Shown here piece by piece: positions 51,889 to 60,609 of a DNA stretch of 64,000 bases. The notes under the pieces were generated by a model. That model ran no database searches. It was given only the letters and a program-made list of their open reading frames with translations, and was not told the DNA's origin. The DNA comes from Clostridia bacterium (GTDB lineage Bacteria; Bacillota; Clostridia; UBA1212; DUPL01): positions 160,001-224,000 of the forward strand of contig JBMNIW010000008.1 in the NCBI GenBank assembly GCA_050951325.1, given 5' to 3'. The stretch's first letter is position 1, and each line of letters starts with the position of its first letter. The position numbers and the translations under genes are program-made.

Positions 51889-52161
51889 CTATTCCTTGTA
51901 CTCTTGTTTTGTAAATGAACTTGTTATGTCCTTTAGAGAAAGCATGTAGTCCTTTGCCATCTTCAAGGCTTCTTCCTGGGATATGCCTGCACCCACAAGC
52001 TCTTTGTAGAAGTTGCCTACCGACTGCCCCATGCTCCTTCCCGCTTCAGCAGAATACAGCGTTTCCAGAATTCCGCTTATCATTTTGGGCAGTTTCCCTG
52101 ACACTTCATCCAAAAGTTCACCAATCTCCTTTACTGGAATATCCTTTGCCATGTTTTCCAC
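51889..52161 (-). CDS. Conserved-looking hypothetical protein
   Basis: AGGAGG RBS; amphipathic helices (FYKELVGAG). Confidence 0.7.
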   Translation of the reverse strand: MENMAKDIPVKEIGELLDEVSGKLPKMISGILETLYSAEAGRSMGQSVGNFYKELVGAGISQEEALKMAKDYMLSLKDITSSFTKQEYKE

Positions 52162-52164
52162 CTC

Positions 52165-52494
52165 CTATACTGTTATTGTATCAAATGCAAAACCAATTGT
52201 TTTTCTTACTATTGAAAAAGAATCTTTCACTGTTTTGATTGCATCAAAGCAATAGTCAAAATATGAAGCTTTCTCTTCCACCACAATCATGTCAAACGCA
52301 GAACTCAATATATCGTCGGGAACTTCCTGAACAGACTTCTGAACCACATTCTTTATGCTTAAAAGCATCGCAACTTCTTTTCTGCACCTGTCACATTGCG
52401 CCAGATGCATAGCAACCTTAATATTCTCTTTCTGTTCAAGTCTTCTGTTTATGTAATCAACAAGCAGTGAAGACATATTATCACAAGTATCCAT
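52165..52494 (-). CDS. zf-HC2 (ZAS) anti-sigma factor
   Basis: C...HLAQCDRC motif; overlaps the ECF gene. Confidence 0.85.
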   Translation of the reverse strand: MDTCDNMSSLLVDYINRRLEQKENIKVAMHLAQCDRCRKEVAMLLSIKNVVQKSVQEVPDDILSSAFDMIVVEEKASYFDYCFDAIKTVKDSFSIVRKTIGFAFDTITV

Positions 52495-53068
52495 AGTTCC
52501 CCTCCTCCAAACTTTTTGCCAAACCCGCCTTTATCCTGGACATTCTGCTTTTTATAGTCCCTACAGGAACATTCAGCACCTCCGAAACCTCTCCATATGT
52601 AAGCTGTGCATAGAAAACCAAAAACAAAAGTTCCTTATCTGGTGAATCAAGAGCATCAATTGCATCGCAAACAGAAAGGGAGTTATCGATTCTTCCATAG
52701 CCATTCTCTTCATCCACAAGAACATCCGCATAGTCATCAATTGGCTTGTTTTGACTTTTATACCTGGATCTGAAATAGTCGGCAATCCTTCTTTTTGTAA
52801 TTGCTATTGCCCAGGTCCTGAAGGATGACTTGCCAACAAAGCTTATCAAGCTCATCCATATGGACAGCATGGTTTCCTGCATAACATCCTTGACATCTTC
52901 CTCAATCCCTACATGATGAACAATGTAATTGTATATTACCTTGATGTGGTTTTCCATGAGTCTTTCAAAGGCATCCTTGTCACCGTTTCTTGCATTGTCC
53001 ACCAGTTGTTCTTCTAAGCAGCCATCATTAAAAAAGCCATGTTCATCCCCCCTTTTCAGCCCTCTCAA
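52481..53068 (-). CDS. ECF sigma factor
   Basis: GDKDAFERL, DVMQETM, SSFRTW, VPVGTIKSR. Start uncertain: TTG 53068, or ATG 53040 if one T is missing from the T6 run. Confidence 0.9.
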   Translation of the reverse strand: MRGLKRGDEHGFFNDGCLEEQLVDNARNGDKDAFERLMENHIKVIYNYIVHHVGIEEDVKDVMQETMLSIWMSLISFVGKSSFRTWAIAITKRRIADYFRSRYKSQNKPIDDYADVLVDEENGYGRIDNSLSVCDAIDALDSPDKELLFLVFYAQLTYGEVSEVLNVPVGTIKSRMSRIKAGLAKSLEEGNYGYL

Positions 53069-53073
53069 CTATA

Positions 53074-53101
53074 TAGTCGCTAAAAAAGCAAAAAGGGTTC
53101 A
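53074..53101 (-). promoter_or_regulatory. ECF-type (SigW-like) promoter, probably autoregulatory
   Basis: TGAACC-N16-CGACTA. Confidence 0.65.
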
Positions 53102-53335
53102 CTCATTTTCCAGCAAAACTAACGCTTTTTTGTACAGCTCGTCAAATAAACACCCGCAACTGCCACATTCTGCATCTGCCTGTCTGACAGCTTCTCTCAA
53201 TTCATCCAAATCCCCTGTCCCGTCAAGATACTTCCGGGACGGAACAGCAATCAAGTCCCATCCTGATTCAACAAACTTCACCAGAATCTTCTCTATCTCT
53301 TTATTCTTCATTCCTAACACCTCCATTCTACTCAT
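53099..53335 (-). CDS. Small hypothetical protein with CxxCxC motif
   Basis: SGWDLI...ECGSCGC. Likely start is MKNKE after GGAGG. Confidence 0.65.
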   Translation of the reverse strand: MSRMEVLGMKNKEIEKILVKFVESGWDLIAVPSRKYLDGTGDLDELREAVRQADAECGSCGCLFDELYKKALVLLENE

Positions 53336-53506
53336 TGGTATAATTATACTCCTCCAGGACTTTCATTCAATAAATATATAATTTGACAATCACCTCATAT
53401 CGTAGAATAATGCAATTAGAAGAACGTTTTTGTTAATAATAGACTCAATGGACCATCTTCAAAATCCAATAGATTAATAATATACGGAAAAGGAGTCGAT
53501 TCTGTT

Positions 53507-55543
53507 ATGAAGAAGTGGAAATGCACTGTATGTGGTTACATCCATGAAGGAGATAGTCCCCCTGTCGAATGCCCCATCTGCAAGGCACCTTCAACAGATT
53601 TTGTTCTGATGGATGAAAAACCAAAAAGATGGCGCTGCACAGTGTGCGGCTACATCCACAAAGGTGATGAAGCTCCCGATACATGCCCAATTTGCGGAGT
53701 GGAAAAGGGCAGATTTGAATTGGTAGAGGCTGCAGCAAAAGATGAGTACAAACAGCTGGATGCAGTTGGCCCAAACGGTAAAAAACTGTGGCAGTGTACA
53801 GTATGCTTGTACATCTACGAAGGAGACGAACCTCCCATCTTTTGTGCACGCTGCTGGGCTCCTCAAGAGCTCTTCGTAGATATGAAGAATCCAAAACCCA
53901 TACCTGATCCAAACAAACCTGCTACCACTGATGAAACCGAAGCTGACATTATTGTAGTCGGCACGGGTGCCGCTGCATTCAGTGCCGCCATCACTACAAG
54001 AGTTTTGGGCAATTCAGTTATTATGCTTGAAAAAAGTGGAATAATAGGCGGAACCACAAGGCGTTCAGGCGGCGGTTTCTGGACACCGATGAACCGTCAT
54101 CAGAAGTCAAAAGGGATAGAAGACAACAGGGATGATGCAATCAAGTACATGTGTCGTCTGTCATATCCACAATTGTACAACGAAGACAAGAAGAATTATG
54201 GTCTTCCAGAAAGGGAATACAGTGTCATTGAAGCATTCTGCGACAATGCAAATGCTGTTGTGGAATTTCTGGAGGAAAAAGGAGTTTTTGAGACCGTTGA
54301 GGATATCAACTGGCTAGGGAAAAATTCCGTTGACTATCAAAGCAACCTGCCTGAGAACAAGGAAATCAGGGGCAGAATTCTCTTCCCCAAAGATGATAAT
54401 GGCCAGACCGGTTTTGGAGTTGTTCTGGTCGAGAGATTCAAAAAGTATGCAAAGGAAAATGGAATACCTGTAAACACTCATCATGAAGTTACAAAAATAT
54501 TGAAAGACGAAAACGGCAAAGTATATGGAGTTGAAGCAAAACACAAAGATGTTGTAAAGACTTACCGTGCAAGAAAGGCAGTCATTTTCGGCACCGGCGG
54601 ATACACACACAACGAGGAGCTTATGAGGAATTTCCAAAGAGGTCCTGTCTACGGAGGATGTGCTTCTCCCGAGTGTTCCGGCGATTTAGTCAAAATGGCA
54701 TCAGAAGCAGGCGCAAAGATTGGCAACATGCAGGGTGCTTTCAGAGCCCAATGCCTGCTTGAGAACAAGATAGACAACCCCAAGGCTGCAAACAACTGTT
54801 TCTTCATCCCTGGAGACAGCGTGTTCATTGTCAATAAATACGGAAAAAGGGTTTTGAATGAAAAAAGAAACTACAACGACAGAGGCATGATTCACTTTGT
54901 ATGGGATCAGAACAAGGGAGAATGGACAAATCAACTCCTATTCCTTATCGCAGACAGAAGAGCGGTTGAATTTTGGGACGGATATCCGCCTTTTGCCACA
55001 TCAGGACTCGACCTTAAATACCTGATAGAAGGCAAAGATCTTGATGACCTTGCAAGCAAGATAAAAAAACGTGTAGAGAAACTCACTCCACATATCGGAA
55101 GTTTCAGAGTCGATGAAACTTTTGCCCAAGGACTTAAGGATACATTCTTGAGATTCAATGAGTTTGCAAGAAACGGCCAGGATCTTGATTTCCAAAGAGG
55201 AGACTTCGCTTACGACAGAGAGTGGGGTTCAGTACTTCCTACAAAACCAGGTATAAACTGGCCTGAAGACAAAACCAAGAACTACACCATGTATCCCCTC
55301 TCGGAAGAAGGCCCGTATTATGCAGCAATTCTGGCATCAAGTACACTGGACACCAACGGAGGTCCCGTAACCAACAAACATGGTCAAATCCTTGATTGGA
55401 ACGACAATCCGATTCCAGGTCTCTACGGTGCAGGAAACTGTATTGCAGCACCAAGTGCCAATGCATACTGGGGTGGCGGAGGAACCATAGGTCCTGCCCT
55501 GGCCTTTGGCTACCTTGCAGCAATACATGCAACAAAAGCATAA
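53507..55543 (+). CDS. Three rubredoxin-like domains fused to a FAD_binding_2 flavoprotein (3-ketosteroid delta1-dehydrogenase-like)
   Basis: Three WxCxVC..CxxC units; VVGTGAA, GGTTRRSGGGFW, TNGGP, GLYGAGN, YWGGGGTIG. Confidence 0.8.
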   Translation: MKKWKCTVCGYIHEGDSPPVECPICKAPSTDFVLMDEKPKRWRCTVCGYIHKGDEAPDTCPICGVEKGRFELVEAAAKDEYKQLDAVGPNGKKLWQCTVCLYIYEGDEPPIFCARCWAPQELFVDMKNPKPIPDPNKPATTDETEADIIVVGTGAAAFSAAITTRVLGNSVIMLEKSGIIGGTTRRSGGGFWTPMNRHQKSKGIEDNRDDAIKYMCRLSYPQLYNEDKKNYGLPEREYSVIEAFCDNANAVVEFLEEKGVFETVEDINWLGKNSVDYQSNLPENKEIRGRILFPKDDNGQTGFGVVLVERFKKYAKENGIPVNTHHEVTKILKDENGKVYGVEAKHKDVVKTYRARKAVIFGTGGYTHNEELMRNFQRGPVYGGCASPECSGDLVKMASEAGAKIGNMQGAFRAQCLLENKIDNPKAANNCFFIPGDSVFIVNKYGKRVLNEKRNYNDRGMIHFVWDQNKGEWTNQLLFLIADRRAVEFWDGYPPFATSGLDLKYLIEGKDLDDLASKIKKRVEKLTPHIGSFRVDETFAQGLKDTFLRFNEFARNGQDLDFQRGDFAYDREWGSVLPTKPGINWPEDKTKNYTMYPLSEEGPYYAAILASSTLDTNGGPVTNKHGQILDWNDNPIPGLYGAGNCIAAPSANAYWGGGGTIGPALAFGYLAAIHATKA

Positions 55544-55544
55544 C

Positions 55545-56093
55545 CTAGCTATACCATAACTTGTTGTTCGATGTGGAAATACTGGATGCTCCAGCTTTTA
55601 ATGCATCCAGTATTTCCTTTTTGGTTTCAATAAGGCCACCTGCAATAATAGGTATATTGACACTGGCCTTGAACTTTTCAATTATCTTGGGTACAACTCC
55701 CGGCATTATCTCCATCATGTCGGGCATGAACATTTTCATTGACTCTATGGCAGTATCAAAGGAATGATTGTCGATTATAAAGAAGCGCTGAATTGTATAA
55801 AGCTTAAGCTCTCTTGCCTGCTTGAGTATATTTATCCTCGTACTTAAAATCCCGTCAACACCGCATTTTGCAATATACTCTATGCCATAGTTATCCCTTG
55901 CTACTCCTTCTATCATATCAGCATGCACAAAAACTTTTTTCCCATGCTTGTGAGCAGCATTTGCATACTCTTTCAGGTTGAATATGTTTGTCTTTAACAG
56001 AAAGATAATATTCAAATGACTCTTTACCGCCTCGTCAAAGTCTTCCCTTGTATGAATTGCAGGTATTATTGGGTTGTCTTCAAATATGTTCAT
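55545..56093 (-). CDS. glpP: Glycerol-3-phosphate-responsive antiterminator
   Basis: NPIIPAI, VHADMIEG, IQRFFIID, EIMPG, IAGGLI. Confidence 0.92.
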   Translation of the reverse strand: MNIFEDNPIIPAIHTREDFDEAVKSHLNIIFLLKTNIFNLKEYANAAHKHGKKVFVHADMIEGVARDNYGIEYIAKCGVDGILSTRINILKQARELKLYTIQRFFIIDNHSFDTAIESMKMFMPDMMEIMPGVVPKIIEKFKASVNIPIIAGGLIETKKEILDALKAGASSISTSNNKLWYS

Positions 56094-56102
56094 ACCATTC
56101 TC

Positions 56103-56453
56103 CTATCCGATGTTTCTAGTGGCTATTATGTTCACATCCTCGTAAACCTTCTCCAATATTATATCACCAATTCTCACAGGTGGAACACATTTTACCTTGT
56201 TAATCTTCTCCATTACCTCAAAAACCCTGTCCTTGGGCAAAGGCTTGTCCGACCTTACAGGAACCATCCTGTTATCAGTTGTTCTTATGGTAGTGGTAAG
56301 AGTCCTTTTGGGACAAATGGTCTCTTCTTCTGCATATTTGACTCCTCTTTTGCAGCCGGCCCCCTTTATCTCCTTGATCTTCCCATCTTCCATCACAACT
56401 TCAAGATTACAGCTTACAGGACATACAATGCACACAAGTTCCATAACCATCAC
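56103..56453 (-). CDS. DUF1667 Fe-S protein
   Basis: CIVCPVSC..GAGCKRG..YA..E...PKR. Confidence 0.85.
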   Translation of the reverse strand: MMVMELVCIVCPVSCNLEVVMEDGKIKEIKGAGCKRGVKYAEEETICPKRTLTTTIRTTDNRMVPVRSDKPLPKDRVFEVMEKINKVKCVPPVRIGDIILEKVYEDVNIIATRNIG

Positions 56454-57700
56454 TCTCCAATTACCTTAAGGCTGATTTCATTGCCTTTAATATTATTCAA
56501 TACATCTTCCGCCATGGTGACATATTCCATTTCTCCGGGTTTAGTCTTCCTTCTTTTCGCTTTGTAGACAACATTTTCGCAGTCACTGACAATTATCTGA
56601 ACATTATCAAGTTCATTTTTCGTTCTGAAATATATTTTCACCTTTTCTTTGTCACTCGTAATCCTTTGAGGAACAACGTAACTTACATTATCTGATGCAG
56701 TTACAGAAATATTATTGTTCTTAACCCTCTCCCCTTTTATATATCTTGCTGCAGCTTCCCCTGCAATATATGCTTCTTCAGAGACATAATCCACAAGGTC
56801 ATGAACATGCAGAACATTTCCACAGGAAAACACCCCTTCAAGAGAAGTTTCCCTGTTTTGGTCCACAACAGCTCCTCTTGTACTTCCATCCAGCTCAATA
56901 CCCATTCCTTTTGTAAGCTCATTTTCAGGGATAAGTCCGACGGACAAAAGAAGTGTGTCACACTCTATGTACTCTTCAGTACCCGGAATTGGCCTTCTGT
57001 TTTCATCAACTTTGGAAATTGTAACTCCTTCAAGTCTATCTTTGCCGTGTATTTTTGTAACGGTATGACCAAGCTTTAAAGGAATGTTGAAATCATCAAG
57101 ACACTGAACTATATTTCTTGCAAGACCGCTGGAATAGGGCATGATTTCACAAACCGCCTTGACAGAAGCTCCTTCAAGAGTCATTCTTCTTGCCATTATA
57201 AGGCCAATGTCTCCCGACCCCAATATGACAACTTGTCTGCCAACCATAAGTCCCATCATATTAATGAACTTCTGGGCTGTACCCGCAGTGTAAATGCCGG
57301 CAGGTCTTGTCCCGGGAATATTCAAGGCTCCCCTGCTTCTTTCCCTGCATCCCATGGCAAGAATTATTGCTTTTGCCTTTATCTTTACTTCTCCTTCTTC
57401 TTCATTTACGTAAGTTATCACTTTGTCCTTTGAAATATCCACCACCATGGAGTTAAGTTTGAAAGGAATACCCAAATCCAATATCATTTTCTCATATCTC
57501 CAGGCATATTCGGGCCCTGTAAGCTCCTCCTTGAACATATGAAGACCAAAACCGTTGTGTATGCACTGCTGCAAAATACCTCCAAGGCTTTCATCCCTCT
57601 CTATAATCAGCAAATCCCTTATTCCCTTCCCATAAGCGGACACCGCTGCAGCCATGCCTGCAGGTCCTCCACCAATTATGACCAAATCCTTCGTCTGCAT
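56450..57700 (-). CDS. NAD(P)/FAD-dependent oxidoreductase (G3P dehydrogenase partner)
   Basis: IIGGGPAG, QCIHNGFG, LGSGDIG, GNVLHVHDLVD. Confidence 0.88.
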   Translation of the reverse strand: MQTKDLVIIGGGPAGMAAAVSAYGKGIRDLLIIERDESLGGILQQCIHNGFGLHMFKEELTGPEYAWRYEKMILDLGIPFKLNSMVVDISKDKVITYVNEEEGEVKIKAKAIILAMGCRERSRGALNIPGTRPAGIYTAGTAQKFINMMGLMVGRQVVILGSGDIGLIMARRMTLEGASVKAVCEIMPYSSGLARNIVQCLDDFNIPLKLGHTVTKIHGKDRLEGVTISKVDENRRPIPGTEEYIECDTLLLSVGLIPENELTKGMGIELDGSTRGAVVDQNRETSLEGVFSCGNVLHVHDLVDYVSEEAYIAGEAAARYIKGERVKNNNISVTASDNVSYVVPQRITSDKEKVKIYFRTKNELDNVQIIVSDCENVVYKAKRRKTKPGEMEYVTMAEDVLNNIKGNEISLKVIGE

Positions 57701-57704
57701 GTTT

Positions 57705-59090
57705 TCACTCCTTCTTCCCCACAACAATTCTTGAATCTCCGCCTGATTTTCTAACCTCGCAAACATCAATTCCGAGCTCTCTTGCCAAAATCGATACAAC
57801 ACTCGGCATGCAGAAGCCTCCCTGGCATCTTCCCATACCGCTTCTTGTTCTCCTTTTTATAGCATCCACAGTAATGGCTTTTGGGTTTGTGTGTATGGCT
57901 TCAATTATTTTCCCTTCACTAACCTTTTCACATCTGCACACCATTTTATTGTACCTGGACTTTTCTACCTGGTATATTTTTCTTGTACTTGTATAGTCCT
58001 TTTTCTCAACCAGCTCCAATCCCATGTCTTTCAGCATGTTTGATACATGCACCGCTATTGCAGGCGCTGCTGTAAGACCGGGTGAGTCTATTCCTGCAAG
58101 ATTAAGAAAATTGGGTTTTGGGGCTGTAATTAAAAAATCACCATTTTTTGTCGTAGCCCTAAGCCCGGTAAAAGAAGTTATCACACTGCCAAAAGGAATG
58201 TTCTTCACGCATTCCGCAGCACTATTAATAATCTTCTCAATACCAACCCTGGTGGTTTGGGTGTCTTCCTTGTCGTAAATATCCTCTGAAGTGGGTCCCA
58301 GAAGGATGTTGCCATCCACAGTAGGACTTACAAGCACACCCTTTCCCATTTTAGTGGGCACCTTGAATATGGTGTGCCCAACCAGGCCGCACAGCTCCTT
58401 GTCGAGAAGAAGGTACTCTCCTTTTCTTGGAGTTATCTCAAAAGAATCATCTCCAACCATCCTGGATATTTTGTCAGCATACAGTCCTGCAGCATTGATA
58501 ATGTATCTTGCCTTTATTGTGCCTTTGGTGGTTTCTACTTCAAATGCTCCGTTATCACAAGATATGTCAAGAACCCTGCTTTCAAGAAAAAGCTCCACAC
58601 CATTGTCCATAGCATGTCCCATAGCTGCAATAGTAAGCTCGTAAGGACATACAATGGCCCCTGTTTTTGCATGGAGTGCATACAATGCCTTGTCAGACAC
58701 ATTCTCTTCCAGTTCCCTTATTCTCTCCCCATTTATTATTTCCAGGCCGCCAACTCCGTTTCTAATACCTCTTTCATAAAGCTCTAAAAGAACGTCCCTC
58801 TCCTCTTCGCGAAAAGCAAGAACCATCGAGCCGTTTCTTTTGTACTTCACACCCAGTTCCTTTGTTATCTTCTCCATCATCAGCGAGCCTTCAACATTGA
58901 ATCTGGCTTTCAAAGTACCGCTTTTTGCATCAAACCCTGCATGCACTATGCCGCTGTTGGCTTTTGATGCCCCCATTGCCACATCGCTTTCCTTTTCAAT
59001 TACACATACCGACAGTTCATATCTAGACAATTCCCTTGCTGTCATTGCACCAGTAACACCAGCACCAATTATTGCAACATCATAAACCAT
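57705..59090 (-). CDS. FAD-dependent glycerol-3-phosphate dehydrogenase-like (LhgO/GlpA family) with BFD-like 2Fe-2S domain
   Basis: IIGAGVTG, SKANSGIVHAG, CRCE...GRCQGGFC; located in a glpP operon. Confidence 0.85.
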   Translation of the reverse strand: MVYDVAIIGAGVTGAMTARELSRYELSVCVIEKESDVAMGASKANSGIVHAGFDAKSGTLKARFNVEGSLMMEKITKELGVKYKRNGSMVLAFREEERDVLLELYERGIRNGVGGLEIINGERIRELEENVSDKALYALHAKTGAIVCPYELTIAAMGHAMDNGVELFLESRVLDISCDNGAFEVETTKGTIKARYIINAAGLYADKISRMVGDDSFEITPRKGEYLLLDKELCGLVGHTIFKVPTKMGKGVLVSPTVDGNILLGPTSEDIYDKEDTQTTRVGIEKIINSAAECVKNIPFGSVITSFTGLRATTKNGDFLITAPKPNFLNLAGIDSPGLTAAPAIAVHVSNMLKDMGLELVEKKDYTSTRKIYQVEKSRYNKMVCRCEKVSEGKIIEAIHTNPKAITVDAIKRRTRSGMGRCQGGFCMPSVVSILARELGIDVCEVRKSGGDSRIVVGKKE

Positions 59091-59112
59091 ATGTACACCT
59101 TCCTCATGACAT

Positions 59113-59176
59113 GAAAAAAAAGACACACGAAAACAAAGGCCTCGCCTTCATTTTTACGTGTGTCTCCAAATCTCTA
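59113..59176 (-). promoter_or_regulatory. GlpP-dependent leader attenuator
   Basis: AGAGATTTGGAGAC motif leading into an AGACACACG...CGTGTGTCT stem with a T-run upstream of the operon. Confidence 0.8.
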
Positions 59177-59227
59177 CACATGCAATATTTATTTATACTT
59201 AAATTATACCCGTATTCTCTCTTTCTG

Positions 59228-60073
59228 TCAATTCGCTCTACTTTTCACGATTTCCCACACCCTGTGCATCTGAATCTCTATTTCTTCTTTAATTTTCTCA
59301 TTAATATCTGTATGCAGAACCAGCGGGATTCCGGCTCCTATCTTGTCATTGTCCCTCCCATATTCCACAGTGACAATTTCCGGTCTGCACCTATCAAGTA
59401 CAAACTCAAGAGCCTTGTAGCCTTCTTCATGTATCATCGTATGGCACATAACAGCACCAGGTATTTCAATCCACCCATTTATATGCACTTCCACGGTTTT
59501 ATCAAGAGGAAGCTTTTCCATGTACTCGTAAAAAGGCATATCGAGCCATTTTGCCGCACAAAACGCATGACTTATATCCAAAAGAAGGCCGCATCCGCTT
59601 TCATGTACAAGCCTTGAAAATACATCCGGCTTTATGAGTTCACCCCACATTACATTGTCGCAGTTTTCAATCAGGACAAACTCCAAATACTCGTACTTTT
59701 CTTTTATGTACCTTGCATTATCTACAATTGTTTCAAAAAAAGCACCAAAAGGCACACGTTCAGGTTTTTTTGACAATGCAGGATGAAAAGACAAGCCCGG
59801 GGTTTTTGTTGTTTCAACAAGCCTGTCTGCAATTCTATCATCAAAGTCTTCCTTAAGTGTGGCAGAAGACAGATCATGCGGTGCAGGATAAAGGCCATGC
59901 AGAAGAATCGGTCTTTTTTGAGCTATACGACTGCAAAGACCTTCAAAAGCATCCAGGTCCTTCATAATCTCCATTTGAAAGCCAAGAGCAGGATATTTGG
60001 AATAATCGAGATGGATTCTTCCTTCGTCAAATAGTTCTTCTGTTTCCAAATAATAGTTGCATGCAATCTTCAT
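59228..60073 (-). CDS. DUF692 family multinuclear non-heme iron enzyme (MNIO)
   Basis: LLHG, SFH, IEN, LLLDISH, EVHING, CH, TVEY in the TIM-barrel metal-ligand order. Confidence 0.75.
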   Translation of the reverse strand: MKIACNYYLETEELFDEGRIHLDYSKYPALGFQMEIMKDLDAFEGLCSRIAQKRPILLHGLYPAPHDLSSATLKEDFDDRIADRLVETTKTPGLSFHPALSKKPERVPFGAFFETIVDNARYIKEKYEYLEFVLIENCDNVMWGELIKPDVFSRLVHESGCGLLLDISHAFCAAKWLDMPFYEYMEKLPLDKTVEVHINGWIEIPGAVMCHTMIHEEGYKALEFVLDRCRPEIVTVEYGRDNDKIGAGIPLVLHTDINEKIKEEIEIQMHRVWEIVKSRAN

Positions 60074-60131
60074 CTTAATCTCCTACTGTTTTTGCCAATA
60101 TTATACAATACAGCTTCTCCGATTACAAATT

Positions 60132-60310
60132 CTAAAGAACAACCCTGAGAACAAACAAATAATCCTTGACAGCAAACTGACAATTTCCATGCAGCTTCTC
60201 AACCACATGCCTTATGCTTTGCGTTCCAAGACCGTGGTTGGCGTCTTTTGCCAAAGGCAGTCCAATTCTACTTCTTGAACACAAGGGTTCTTTATGGACA
60301 AAAGAAGCTA
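60132..60310 (-). pseudogene. 3' remnant of a GHKL (LytTR/AgrC-type) histidine kinase
   Basis: LLLSIKNPC / frameshift / GLPLAKDANHGLGTQSIRHVVEKLHGNCQF...LRVVL*. Confidence 0.7.
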
Positions 60311-60579
60311 AAGAGGTTTCTTTTCACCATCATCTGGTCGTTTACGTCTTCAATGTGGTGTACCAGATTATTGCCAATAGGCTCAAAAACGCGTCAACCC
60401 AAATGCTGCATGTACTGAATAATCCGATCCCTTTCATGCCAATATACCGAGATGTCAACGTCTGCATGCTTGCGTATGTTTCTGTCAAGGAAAAGCTCAA
60501 TTGCATACCCTCCGTAAACAGCATAATGAAAACCACCACCATCAAGCAAACTAATAGCTTCTTCCAACACTTTGTCCAT
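60311..60579 (-). pseudogene. 5' remnant of an aminoglycoside/lincosamide nucleotidyltransferase-like gene
   Basis: YGGYAIELFL..RKHADVD. In-frame TGA at 60394-60396 where Trp (TGG) is plausible; the frame reads on RVFEPIG...KRNLF. Confidence 0.7.
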
Positions 60580-60609
60580 TTTCCTCTCTCTCTTTCTATC
60601 AATACTCTT

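Noticed and set aside
53099-53335. CGSCGC protein as the DUF692 precursor
   Set aside because: About 6 kb away across unrelated operons, and it looks like a folded helical protein.
60394-60396. Selenocysteine or TGA=Trp recoding
   Set aside because: TGA is a normal stop in many genes here, and this gene is also truncated, so it is a nonsense change.
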